A program made the translations under genes and the position numbers. The notes beneath the pieces were generated by a model. It did no database searches. It saw nothing but the letters and a program-made list of their open reading frames with translations, and was not told where the DNA came from. From the NCBI RefSeq assembly GCF_963921235.1, contig NC_086108.1, positions 19,840,001 to 19,904,000 of the forward strand: a DNA stretch of 64,000 nt, in the 5' to 3' direction. The DNA comes from Mobula hypostoma. Its lineage: Eukaryota. Of this stretch, positions 13,246-26,262 are shown piece after piece. Position 1 is the first letter of the stretch. Each line of letters starts with the position of its first letter.

Positions 13246-14832
13246 TTGGGCACCCTGGTCAAAATTTCTGTTACTGTGAATAGCTGAGTGCGTAAAAGAT
13301 GAACTGATTTCCAAAAGGTATAAAGTTGAAGAAGACACATTTCTTTAATATTTTAAGCAAGAAAACTTTTTTATTTCCATCTTTTACAGTTTCAAAATAA
13401 CAAAAATGGAAAAGGGCCCAAAGCAAAAGTTTGGGCTCCCTGCATGGCAGTACTTAGTAACACCCCCTTTGGCAAGTATCACAGCGTGTAAATGCTTTCT
13501 GTAGACAGCTAAGAGTCTTTCAATTCTTGTTAGGGGGATTTTCATCCATTCTTCCTTGCAAAAGGCTTCTGGTTCTGTGAGATTCTTGGGCTCTCTTGCA
13601 TGCACTGCTCTTTTGAGGTCTGTCCACAGATTCTCGATGATGTTTAGGTCAGGGGACTGTGAGGGCCATGGCACAACCTTCAGCTTGCGCCTCTAGGTAG
13701 TCCATTGTGGATTTTGAGGTGTGTTTAGGATCATGATCTGGTTGTCGAAGCCATCCTCTTTTCATCTTCAGCTTTTTCACAGACGGTGTGATGTTTGCTT
13801 CCAGAATTGGCTGGTATTTAATTAAATTCATTCTTCCTTCTACCAATAAATGTTCCCCGTGCCACTGGCTGCAACGCAAGCCCAAAGCATGATCGAACCA
13901 CCCCCGTACTTAACAGCTGGAGAGGCGTTCTTTTCATGAAATCTGCACCCTTTTTTCTCCAAACATACCTTTGCTCGTTGCGGCCAAAAAGTTATATTTT
14001 AACTTCATCAGTCCACAGGACTTGTTTCCAAAATGCATCAGGCTAGTTTAGATGTTCCTTTGCAAATTTCTGACGCTGAATTTTGTGGTGAGAACGCAGG
14101 AAAGGTTTTCTTCTGATGACTCTTCCATGAAGGTCATATTTGTGCAGGTGTCGCTGCACAGTAGAACAGTGCATCACCACTCCAGAGTCTACTAAATCTT
14201 CCTGAAGGTCTTTTGCAGTCAAATGGGGGTTTTGATTTGCCTTTCTAGCAATCCTACGAGCAGTTCTCTTGGAAAGTTGTCTTGGTCTTCCAGACCTCAA
14301 CTTGACCTCCACCATTCCTGTTAACTACCATTTCTTAATTACATTACGAACTGAGGAAACGGCTACCTGAAAATGCTTTGCTACCTTCTTATAGTCTTCT
14401 CCTGCTTTGTGGGCATCATTTATTTTAATTTTCAGAGTGCTAGGCAGCTGCTTAGAAGAGTCCATAGCTGCTGATTGTTGGGACAAGGTTTGAGGAGTCA
14501 GGGTATTTATAAAGCTTTGAAATTTGCATCACCTGGCCTTTCCTAACGATGACTGTGAACAAGCCATAGCCCTAACAAGCTATTTGAGGTCTGAGACCTT
14601 GGTAAAAGTTATCTGAGAGCTCAAATCTCTTGGGGTGCCCAAACTTTTGCATGGTGCTCCTTTCCTTTTTTTCACTCTAAAATTGTACAAAACAAAAAAT
14701 AATACATGAGTCTTGCTTAAAATATTGAAAAGGACGTTTCATCTTTAACTTTATGACTTTTGGAGATCAGTTCATCTTCTCACTTAACTATTCACAGTAA
14801 CAGAAATTTTGACTGGGGTGCCCAAACTTTTG
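13243..14832 (-). mobile_element. Second Tc1 copy (same family), inverted, outermost TIR bases missing
   Basis: ORFs 13384-13674, 13649-13885 and 14043-14315 match the first copy. Ends are TTTGGGCACCC...GGGTGCCCAAACTTTTG and lack CAGTGGCATGC. Confidence 0.9.
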
Positions 14833-15295
14833 TATATATAGAGAGAGAGAGAGCGCGCGTGCACGCTGTCGGGTGCTTAAGACCTTTGCAGTACTGTATT
14901 TGTCAATGTGGAGTCGAGAACGAGTTTGTCAATCTGGCGGGAGTAAAGGATATTGGGAATGGCGAGAATGGAGTGCCACAGGAGGGGTGTGGGAGAGATG
15001 GCAGAGAAGGAGTGCCAGAGGCAGAGAGTTGGTGCAGGTGTAGATACACTCAGCCCTGAGATGCCAGGCAAGGTCATTTGATTCCAAACAATTAGCTTAT
15101 TGATCATTACAGAATGTCTCTCTGCTGCTTGCTTCCCCCCCTCCCTTCCTCTCCCTTTTCCCAACCATGATTCCTGTCTCCTGACCCCTTTCCAGTCTCA
15201 GTCCACAATGGAGACCCATATCTGAATCAGGTTTATCACCACTCACATACGTAATGAAATTTGTTTTTTTTGCAGCAGCAGCAGTATAGTGACCA

Positions 15296-15423
15296 ACTTC
15301 TTCTTTGTCTTGTTTTACGGCGGTTGGCACCCAGCTTAATGGTGCATTACTACCACCTTCTGCTCCGGAGTGTGCAATAGACTTGCATTCTAAATCCCTT
15401 CACCCAATCACTCACTTACTCAC

Positions 15424-15519
<96 letters not shown>

Positions 15520-16370
15520 TCTCACACACACTCTAACCTACACTTTATCCTCCCATCTTTGGCTATCCTGGTACCCTATTCCTGCTTATCTGTCATATCC
15601 TATAAAAAACCCCTGTACCCCTTTAGAAAGCTAAAAATACCCTGACCTGTACTCTCTCAACCATGCCCGGCAACCCTTTTAATGTGAATTCCTGCACCCC
15701 CAATTCCCTTAGATTAATTCTCATCATCTCTCTCTGTATCCCATACTTCCTGCAACTCAGAACTGCATGTTCTACTGACTCCTCTTCTTGACATTCCTCA
15801 CACAATCCTGTCTGGTGTTTCCCTATCATTTTCAATGTTTTGTTTAATGCACAGTGCCCCAGTCTTAACCTAGTCCACACAGTCTCCTCTCTTCTGTATC
15901 TACTACCTACCCTAGCACCTGCAACACTTCTTTGTATTTGATATAAATGCCTCTGTTTCCCCTTCCTGTTTCATCTTTCTTGCCACATTTGGTTGATTTT
16001 TTTTCCCAGATTACACACTTAACCTCTGTTTTACTGATAGTAATGTACATTTCTATATTTTCTTTCATTAATGCCCTCTTTGCCAACTCATCCACCCTCT
16101 CATTCCCCTTCACCCCTACATGTGCTGGAACCTATAGAAATTTTACCTGACCTCCCTGATTTGCAATTCTTGTGACTGACTGAAGGACTTCATAAAAGTA
16201 CATCTTGCCAACTGTTTGAGTGAAAAGACCTTAAACTTGCTAGAACTGAGGATGAATCTGAGTATATCAACACTTTGACTTGTCTAACTTTCTCCACCCA
16301 TCGCATCGCAACGCAACCAACACTGCCAGCATCTCCACTGTATACACCCCTAACTTATTAGAGTATAGTG
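15296..16370 (-). mobile_element. I-group (Nimb-like) LINE 3' fragment with RNase H and CCHC knuckle
   Basis: VPAHVGVKGNERVDELAK (RNase H), TRLRLGH...CEECQEEESVEHAVLSC, and an AAG-rich 3' tail. Confidence 0.7.
15408..15531. repeat. Compound microsatellite (CACT)n(CT)n(CA)n
   Basis: Seen directly. Confidence 0.95.
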
Positions 16371-16399
16371 ACCAAGCCTTTGACGCTAAGTCTAGCTTT

Positions 16400-19300
16400 G
16401 TGGTTCATAAGGGGAGGGGGTGGGGTTGGAAGAGGAGTGCAGTAGTGATAAGGGACTCCATGACTAGAGGAGCAGGAAACAGATTCTGCAGATATGAAAG
16501 AGACACCCGAATGGTGTGTTGCCTTCCAAGGCCCAGGGTCAGGGATGTGAACGGTCAGGTCGGCGGCATTTTAAAGAGGGAGGCTGAACAGCTGGAAGTC
16601 ATGGTACGTACAAGTACCAGTGACATAGGTGGCAAACGGGAGGAGGGTATGACGAGCAAATACAGCAAGTTAGGCAGAAAGCTGAAAAGCAGAACCTCCA
16701 GAGTACTAATTGCTATCTGTGCCACATGCCAGTGAGGGTAAGAGTAAGAAGATTGTGTGGCTGAAGAATTGGCGCAAGGAGCAGGTTTTCAGATTTATGG
16801 ATCATTGCGATCTCTTTTAGGGAAGGTATGATCTATGCAAAAAGGACGGGTTACATCTGAACCTAAGGGGAACCAATATCCTTGCTGGCAGGTTTGCAAG
16901 AGATGTTGGGGAGGGTTTAAATGAACTTGACAGGGGAATGGGGACTGATAGGGTTGAGGATGGGACAGTTGGTATACAAGTAGATGAAGTGAATAGTGAG
17001 ACTGTGAGGAAGGGCAGGCAGATGATAGGGCAAAATTGCAGTCAGTGCAATGAGTTAAAGCAGGGGTCCCCAACCTCTTTTGCACCACGGACCGGTTTAA
17101 TATTGACAATATTTTTGTGGACTGGTCGACTGGGGGGTGGAGTATTCAAGTAGGGTTAAACTCACCTCAGCATGTCTTTTACAGTTAGAGTTGCCAACTC
17201 TCTCACTCCCAAATAAGGGACGAAAGTAGCAGTCAAATGCAGGACAGTGTTTACCCTGAGGAAGACTACCATGACCATGAAGCCTTGCATGGGCACCTGT
17301 GTGTACGTGCGATTTTTTTCACCCACAAATCGGTTTTGACTTTATCTTCCTGACTACGATGCACATATATTATTTCTACTTTATAAAGGCTGTGTATTTA
17401 TCATATTATTCCTGCTTTTACTATATGTTAGTGTTATTTTAGGTTTTATGTGTTATTTGGTATGATTTGGTAGGTTATTTTTTGGGTCTGGGAACGCTCA
17501 AAAATTTTTCCCAAATAAATTAATGGTAATTGCTTCTGCGCTTTACACCATTTTGGCATGAAAGGTTTCATAGGAATGCTCTACCTTAGCTGGGGAAGTA
17601 TGGAACAAGGGTGGTCCCTTATGGGACAAACCAACTTAGCCCAATATATGGGATGTCCCAGCAATACGGGACAGTTGGCAACCCTCTGTTTAAGCTCAAC
17701 AGTGCGTGACAGGGAATGAGGAAAGGTGCAGCTGACTTGTATAGTTTCCTCGCGGCCCGGTAGTATATGCTTTGTGGCCTGGTGGTTGGGGACCGCTGAG
17801 TTAAAGTATAATGGAGCCAAAATCATGGGGGATTTCAATATGCAGGTAGATTGGGAAAATCAGGTTGGTGCTAGATCCTAAGAGAGGGAATATGTAGAAT
17901 GCCAACAAGATGGCATTTTAGAGCAGCCTGTGGTTGAGCCCAGTAAGGGAAAGGCAATTCTGGATTGGGTGTTGTGCAATGAACCTGGTTTGATTCGGAA
18001 GCTTGTAAATGAGCTTTTAGGAGGTAGTGATCATAATATGATAGAATTTACTCTGCTGTTTGAGAAGAAGATGAAATCACAATGTATCAGTAGTAGAGTG
18101 GAGTAAAGGGAATTACAGAGGCATGAGAAAGGAGCTGGCCAGAATTGACTGGAAGGAGACACTAGCAGGAATGATGGTAGAACAGCAGTGGCTGGTGTTT
18201 CTGGCAGTGATTCTGAAGCCGCAGGAAAGATACATCCCAAAGATGAAGAAGATTCCAAAGGGAGGATGAGGCAACTGTGACTAATAAGGGAAGTCAAAGG
18301 CAGCATAAAAGAGAGGAAACATAGCAAAACTTAGTGGGATTTTAGCGGATTGGGGAGTTTCTAAAAACCAACAGAAGGCAACTAAAAAAAGCAAAAAGAG
18401 ACAAAAGATGAAATATGAAGGTAAGCCAGCCAATAATATAAAAGACGGTGCAAAAAGCTTTTATAGATATATAATGCGTAAAAGAGACAAGAGTGGAAAA
18501 TTATGCTGGAGTGGTAGTAATCGGGACAAAGAAATGTTGGACAAACATAATAAGTATTTTGAATCAGTCTTCACCGTGGGAGACATCAGTATGTTAGAAA
18601 TATGTGTGTGTCTGGGGCAGAAGTGAGACTTGTTGCTATTACTAAGGGAAAGGTGCTTGGGAAGCGAAAAGCTTGAAGCTAGATGTGGAGAGGATGTTTC
18701 CTCTGGTAGGTGGGAATCAGGAACTAGAGGGCACAGCCTCAAAATTGAGGGGCGACCTTCTTGAACAAAAGTAAGAAGGAATTTTTTAGCCAGGGAGTTG
18801 TGAATCTGTAGAACACTCTGCCACAGACTGCAGTGGAAGCCAAGTCCATGGGTATATTCAAAGCGGAAGTTGATGGATTCCTGATTGGTTGGACCATCAA
18901 GGGATATGGTGAGATGGCAGGTGTATGGGGTTGAATGGGATCTGGGATCAGCCATAATGAAATGGTGGAGTGGACTTGATGGGCTGAATGGCCTAATTCT
19001 GCTCCAATGTCTTATAGTCTTAAGGTAGGTGGACTAAACCTCAAGGATCTGAAAGAGGTTGCTGAAGAGACTGAGGAGGCATTAGTAATAATCTTACACG
19101 AATCACTAGATTCTGGAATGGTTCCCGAGGACTGGAAAATTAGAAATGTCACTCCACTCTTTAAGAAGGGCGGCAGAAGAAATGAAATTATAGGCCAGTT
19201 AGCCTGACCTCAGTGATTGGGAAGATGTTAGAGTCTGTTATTAAGGATGAAGTTTTGGGGTACTTGAAGGCAGAAGATAAAATAGGCCAATGTCAGCATG

Positions 19301-19980
19301 GTTTTTAGCTTTCTGCCTAACTTCCTATATTTGCTCGTCATGACCTCCTCCCTTTTACTATCTATGTCATTGGTACTTGTATGTACCATGACTTCTGGCT
19401 CTTCACCCTCCCCTTTTAGAAATCTTGCCTGATAAAGCTGTTGGAAGTTTTTGAGGAAATAACAGGTAGGATAGATAAGGAGAGTCAGTGGATGTTGTAT
19501 ACTTTGATTTTCAGGAGGCCTTTGACAGGGTGCCACAGGTGAGGCTGTTTAACAAAATAAGAGCTCGTGGTACTACAGAAAAGGTAGAAGCATGGATAGA
19601 CGATTGACTGGCAGGAGGCAAAGAATGGGAACAAAGGGGGCCTTTACTGTTTGGCTGCCAGTGACTAATGGTGTGCTGCAGGGGTCGGTGTTGGGTCACT
19701 TCTTTTTATGTTTTAGGTGAAGGAATTGATGGCTTTGTGGCCAGTTTTGTGTATGGTATGAAGGGACAGGTTGTGTTGGGGAAGTAAGAAGTTTGCAGAA
19801 GGACTTTGACGGATTTGGGAAATGGGCAAAGAAGTGGCAGATGGAATATAATGTAATGAAGTGCATGGTCATGCAGTTTGGCAGAAGGAATAAAGGTGTG
19901 GACTATTTTCTAAATGGGGAGAAAATTCAATATTCAGAGGTACAGAGGGACGTTGAAATCCTTGTGTAGGATACCCTAAA
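16400..19980 (+). mobile_element. Old degraded CR1 (ORF1 to RT) with several nested insertions
   Basis: Fragments MVCCLPRPRVRD, DGLHLN, MVPEDWK, DRVPQ and a nested CR1 3' end at about 18680-19020. Confidence 0.7.
17061..17798. mobile_element. hAT-type MITE with a nested second TIR element
   Basis: TIRs CAGGGGTCCCCAACC / GGTTGGGGACCGCTG, 8-bp TSD AGTTAAAG (17053-17060, 17799-17806); inner TAGAGTTGCCAAC...GTTGGCAACCCTC pair at about 17186-17686. Confidence 0.8.
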
Positions 19981-20079
19981 GCTTTTGTATGTCAATCTTT
20001 TTTCTGGCTTGGACCAATACCATGAAGCAACAGGTCAGGTTGGGAACCCCTGCCCTAAAGGTTAACTTGCAGGTTGAGG

Positions 20080-21290
20080 CTGTAAGACCATAAGATACTA
20101 GAGTAGAGTTAGGCCATTTGGCCCGTTGAGTCTGCTCCACCATAGCTAATCTATTCTCCTCTCAGTCACAATCTCTTGCCTTCTCCCCGAAACACTTCAT
20201 GCCCTGACAAATCAAGAATCTATCAACCTCTGCCTTAAATATACCCAATGACTTGGCCTTCACAGCTGCCTGTGGCAACTAATTCCACAGATTCACCACA
20301 CTCTGGCTTAAAGAAATTCCTCCTCATTGCTGTTCTAAGTGGATGACCCTCTATTCTGAGACTGTATCCTCTTGTCTTGGATTCTCCCACCATAGGAAAT
20401 ATCCTTTCCACGTCCATACTATCAAGGCCTTTCAACATTTGATAGTTTTCAATGTAATTCCCCCCTCATGTTTTTGAATTCCAGTGAGTACAGGCCCAAA
20501 GCCATCAAACCTCCTCATATGACAAGCCTTTCAATCCCGGAGTCATTTTCATGAATCACCTTTGAATTTTTTCTAACATCAGCATATCTTTTCTTAGATA
20601 AGGGCCTCAAAACTGCTCACAGTACTCCAAGTGAAGCCTCACCAGTGCCTTATAAAGCCTCAACAGTCTATCCTTGCATTTATATTCTAGTCCTCTCGAA
20701 ATGAATGCTAACATTATATTTGCCTTCCTCACCACTGGCTCAACCTGCAAATTAACCTTTAGGGCATCCTGCACAAAGACTCCCAAGTCTCTTTGCACCT
20801 CAATTTTTTTTACTTCATTTAAAAAGTAGTCCACGTTTTTATTTCTTCTACCAAAGTGCATGACCATACACTTCCCGACACTGCATTCCATCTGCCACTT
20901 CTTTGCCCATTCTCCTAATCTGTCTGTAGCTTCTCTGCTTCCTCAAAGCTACCTTTCCCTCCACCTATCTTCATATCATCCACAAACTAGTCCACAAAGC
21001 CACCGATTCCAACATCCAAATCATTGACGCATAAAAAGAAGCAGCCCCAACAATTTGGAACACCAACAGTGGCAGCCAGCAAGAAAAGGAGCCCTTTATT
21101 CCCATTCTTTGCCTCCAGCCAATCACCCAATGCTCTATCCATGCTGGTATCTTTACTGTGATACCATGGGTGCTAAACTTGTTAAGTAGCCTCGTATGGC
21201 TCCTTGTCAAAGGTGTTCTGAAAATCCAAGTACACAACATCAACCGATGCTCCTTTGCCTATCCTGATTGTATTCTTTCAAAAAATTCCT
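20080..21290 (-). mobile_element. CR1 3' fragment
   Basis: ORFs 20235-20438 and 20607-20891 with CR1 RT C-terminal motifs. Confidence 0.8.
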
Positions 21291-21511
21291 CCAGATTGGG
21301 TGAGGAAGACAAATGCAATGTTAGCGTTCGTTATGAGAGGACTAGAATACAAAAGCGAGAATTAATGCTGTGGCTTTATAAGGCATTGGTCAGTCCACAT
21401 TTTGAGTATTGTGAGTTGTTTTGGTCCCCTTATCTAAGGAAACATGCTGGCATTAGAGAAGGTCCAGAGGAGGTTCACAAGATTAATCCCAGAGATGAAA
21501 GGGTTAACGTA

Positions 21512-22200
21512 TGATTGAAATTCTGGCTGAGTGATGTCACAAAACAACCTCTTAGTCAATGCCAGCAAGACAAAGGAGCTGAATATTGACTTCAGGAGGA
21601 GGAAGCCAGTCCTCGGGGGATCAAAGGTGGAGAGTGTCAGCAACTTTAAATTCCTCGGTATTATCTTTTCTGAGGATCTGTGCAGCTTGGAAGTGTAATA
21701 ATGAAGAAAGCACAGCCATGCCTCTACTTAGGAGTTTGCAGAGATTCGGCAGGATATCTAAAACTCTGACAAATGTCTGTAGGTGTATAGTGGAGAGTAT
21801 ATTGACTGGCTGCATCACAGCCTGGTATGGAAACATCAATGCTCTTGAATGGCAAATCCTACAAAAAGTAGTGGATACGGCCCAGTCCATCACAGGTAAA
21901 GCCCTCCCCACCATTGAGCATATCTGCATGGAGAGCTTTTGCAGGAAAGCAGCATCCATCATCAGGGACACCCATCAGCCAGGTCATGATCTCTTCTTGC
22001 TGCTGCCATCAGGAGCCTCAGAACTCAATAATCCAGATTCAGGAACAGTTACTACCCCTCAACCATCAGGCTTTTGAATCAAAGGGGATATCTTCACTCA
22101 ACTTCACTTGTCCCATCACTGAAATGTTCCCACAACCTATGGACTCACTTTCAAGGACTCTTTATCTCGCGTTCTCAATATTTATTGCTTATGTTTGTTT
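21512..22200 (+). mobile_element. Rex-Babar-type LINE 3' fragment
   Basis: ESILTGCITAWYGN...LQKVVDTAQSITG...HDLFLLLPSG. Confidence 0.7.
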
Positions 22201-23875
22201 TTGGCAATGGGTGGATGAAGGGGGAAGGAACAAGGAGGGGGAGTCCCAACCAGCTTAGTTATGGTGTGGGGGATGGTGCAGTCTCACAGAAGGAGGCAGT
22301 TCAGCCCATTGGGACCTTTCCAGACCCCAACAAATCAGTCCTATTCCCCTTCCCCCCAGTAGCACAGCAGTTTTCCCTCTCAGGTGCCCATTAGCTCTCC
22401 TTTCTTTTCGCATTTACTTAACCCACAGTCCCTACCAGTGTGATTTTGGAACATGGAATTAAATAGTAGCACCCAACGAAACATGGAGGGAATGTGCAAA
22501 CTCCACACAGTCAGCACTTGCAGTACCACGGGGTTGGCTGTGTCAAAAGTCAAAGAAGAATGGTGGCCACACACGTGTGCATACTTAATACAGTTTCCAA
22601 CATTGGACAGTACGCTGCCAGTGCAGTAGAGGAAATGCAGGCTTGTTGCAGAGGTTCAGATGTGGAGCCATAGCAAAACTGGGTATTGATACAGGAGCTG
22701 ATGTATGTTTAAGAATTAGGACTGATGGTAAAGGGTAGTTGCAAGGACAGAAGTTGTATTTTTGAGCAGATGAGCCATTGTGCAGATTTGAAGCAGAGGG
22801 AACAGTATGTACAGAGAAAACCTTTTACCAGTATCAACTACTGTGGGTCCAGGAAGAGAAGGTGGGTGGTTAGTGGGGCTGATATAAAGGGAGAAGGAGG
22901 TGGGGTTTTTTGGAAGAAGGGATTAGAGATGGTTTGATGGGAGTTAAGCAAGCAACAAATGAAATTGGAGTTTGGATCCTGAGGAGGCAGGGAACCACAA
23001 GGAAGGGACTTTGGCTTGGCAGCCTTGAAGGTAAGTGGCTAATGGATGGTTTCTATCTCAATGATAAAGAAGTCTGTGAGTTTCTTAAAGGAGAAGGAGA
23101 GAGAGGTTTAACAAGGCAGTTTGAATTGAAGATGGGGCACAGGTACAGTGACATAGCAAGTAGAACAACTGTCTCGTAGCTTGAGTAACCTTGGTTCAGT
23201 TCTGACCACGGGCATGTTTTGTGTGGAGTTAGCACATTCTCCTCACTGGGTTTCCTCTCACAACGCAAAGGCATCTCAGCTGATAGATTGATTGGCTACT
23301 GTATATTGAGCCGAGTGTGTTGGTGATTGTTGGAAGTTAGGAAGGGTGGAAAGGGGAAGTTGATAGGAATGTTTGAGGAGTGAAATGGGATTAATCTAAG
23401 CAGATGTTTGATGTCTGGTCTGGCCTCTTTCCATGTTGTATGACTCTATGTAATTTAAGCCATATGTTATCTGATTTAGCCAGAAATGGTGGCCAATGGG
23501 CAAACCTGTTGAATTCATAAGTGTTCTTGGTTGAGCACATTGGAACAGAGATGTGGCTGTGCCGGGGTGGCGTAGGGGTGCAGAGAGTGAGAAAGGTTCC
23601 ATAGGGAAGAGGACATAAGAACTAGAGCTGAGGATGTGTTCAGTGGATAAAGTGCAGAGCAAAGGCCAGGGGCATGATAGCTCATCAATTGGCAGAGGCC
23701 CAGGTCCATGTTGAGAGGGCTGGAAAGATTACAGACCTTTAACTTTGCAGAGAGATAAACGAAAGAGGGTGTACACGTTATTAGGTGGCCTAGATTTATT
23801 CAGTCCGGAGCACCATTTCCAGGATTTCTAGGTAGTGACAAGAAAGGACAAACTTGAGAAGTCTTAATTCACAGG

Positions 23876-24340
23876 ATAGTCATAGTCATACTTTATTGAT
23901 CCCGGGGGAAATTGGTTTTCGTTACAGTTGCACCATAAATAAATAGTAATAAAACCATAAATAGTTAAATAGTAATATGTAAATTATGCCAGTAAATTAT
24001 GAAATAAGTCCAGAACCAGCCTATTGGCTCAGGGTGTCTGACCCTCCAAGGAAGGAGTTGTAAAGTCCGATGGCCACAGGCAGGAATGACTTCCTATGAC
24101 GCTCTGTGTTGCATCTCGGAGGAATGAGTCTCTGGCTGAATGTACTCCTGTGCACAACCAGTCCGTTATGTAGTGGATGGGAGACATTGTCCAAGATGGC
24201 ATGCAACTTAGACAGCATCCTCTTTTCAGACACCACCGTGAGAGAGTTTAGTTCCATCCCCACAACATCACTGGCCTTGCAAATAAGTTTGTTGATTCTG
24301 TTGGTGTCTGCTACCCTCAGCCTGCTGCCCCAGCAGGTTG
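23876..24340 (-). mobile_element. Rex-Babar-type LINE 3' end
   Basis: ORF 24021-24353 (ILDNVSHPLH...TERHRKSFLPVAIGLYN) and an (ACTATG)-like tail. Confidence 0.7.
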
Positions 24341-24469
24341 ATGAACATTTCAAAACGCCTTCAGCATGCTGGAAGTGATGAGTTTTCCTCCTACTGACTT
24401 GATGACCACGTGACTTGATTAAGGTTTTTTTGGCTGTTTTTCATTACTACCAAGAGGGAGGAGGTATAG

Positions 24470-24800
24470 GAGCAACACACACAAATGCTGGAGGAACTCA
24501 GCAGGTCAGACAGCAGTTATGGAAATGAATAAACAGTCGATGTTTCAGGCGGAGACTTCTCTTCAGGACTGGAAAGGAAGGGGGAAGATACCAGAGTAGA
24601 AAGGTGGGGGAGGGGAAGGAGGACAAGCTAGAAAAGGATAGGTTAAGCTAGGTGGGTTGTAAAGGTAAAGGGCTGGAAAGAAAGAAATCTGATAGGAGAA
24701 GAGAGTGGACCATAGGAGAAAGGGAAGGAGGAGGGGCACTAGGGAGAGGTTAATAGTTGGGTGAGGAGAGGAGTTAACAGGCTGGAGTGGGGAAATAGTC
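24470..24800 (-). mobile_element. Penelope-like 3' fragment with hammerhead-like motif
   Basis: Reverse complement of 24535-24570 is AGTC CTGAAGA ... GAAA CA TC GACT. Confidence 0.6.
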
Positions 24801-24884
24801 ACAAAATAACAAGGGATGTGTAGGCAAATGAAGTTGTATGCTTGGTCTCAAGCATTTACTCAATAGGTTACATTTGTTTTGCAG

Positions 24885-24943
24885 GAATGGAGTTTGCGGG
24901 GTCAGTGATAGAAGTTGGTACCAATGTCACAGGGGTTTCCAAG
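24885..24943 (+). CDS. CRYZL2: CRYZL2 exon 4 (GMEFAGSVIEVGTNVTGVSK)
   Basis: TTTTGCAG| acceptor, AAG|GTAAGA donor; continues the PG-x-E-x-x-G motif in phase 1. Confidence 0.92.
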
Positions 24944-25059
24944 GTAAGACTTTGCAGTTTAGGTGCATTGGGTCCATCTAATGTATTTGGAGACTAATGC
25001 CAAGCTGTAGGGTGCACATCCACAGATAAGCTTCTCTGATTCACGTGTCAGCTTTAACC

Positions 25060-26220
25060 TGCAAGCAATAGGCATCAGAAACTTCGCTTCTTGCAACAGT
25101 CTGAGATCTCTCTGTAAATTTGCTGCTCTAAATCCTGTGGACTGTTGAGTGGTCTATAATATCTCATTAACGCATTCTCAGTTCTACCCGTAAAGCCTCA
25201 CTAGACAAGTTCTCCAATCTGTCCTGACTGTGCACTGCTGTGATATTTTCCTTGACTAGTACTGTCACTCTTTCGCCTTTAATCCCTCCCACTTTTCACC
25301 TCTAAAACAATGGAACCCTAGAATATTAAGCTGCCAGTCCTGCCCTTCCTGCAACCAAATCTCACTGATGGCTACAAAGTCATAATTACACGTGTTAATT
25401 CCTGCCATAAGCTCATCCGCCTTTCCTACAATACAAGCAGCTCATATTGCCATATAAGCAGCTCGGACATTGGTCCCACCATGCTCACTTTGATTCTTGA
25501 CCTTCTATGTAGGCTTAGCATTGTCTTTCTCCACAACCATCTGTTCTGGTGTTCTGGTGCTCTGGTTCCCATTCCCCTGCAACTCTAGACACCTCTCCCC
25601 TCCTGCCCCCCCCCCCCCCCAATCCCGGGCAGCACTAGCAAACCGTCCTGCGAGGATATTAGCTTTCCAATTCAGGTGCAAACAGTTCTGTCTGTACATG
25701 TCCCAACTTCTCTGAAAAAGAGTCCAACGATCCAAAAATTAGCCACATGTTGAACTGTATGATCTTCCTATTTCTGGCCTCACTAACAGTGGCCTCTCAG
25801 TTAGCAGTCCTGAGATTACAGCCCTGGGGATCCTATCCTTTAAGTTAACACCTAACTCCTTGAATTCACCTTGCAGGATCCCGTCACCCATCCTATCCAT
25901 GTCATTGGTACTGACATGGGCTAAGATTTTTGGCTGCTCACCTTTCCATTTAAGAATGCTGTGGACTCAATCTGAGATATCCCTAACCCTAGCACCCAGA
26001 AAGCAACAAACTAATGGGAAACTCGTTCTCGTCTACAGAGCCTCCATTCTGTTCCTCTCACCAGTGATTGCCCTTTCACCTCTTCTCCCCGCTTCCCTTC
26101 TAAACTGCAGATCCCAGCTGAGTGCCAGAGACCTGGTAGGTCGCCCCCGCCCCCCAACCAACAGTATCCAAAGCATTATACTTATTACTGAGGGGAATGG
26201 CTGCTCCACTTACACCTCCC
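25060..26220 (-). mobile_element. Old degraded CR1 (ORF1/EN region)
   Basis: CLHLNWKANILAGRFA and related fragments. Confidence 0.6.
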
Positions 26221-26262
26221 TTCTCTTTGTTGGCTCAGATAAAATTCAGTCCCAGCAAGGTA

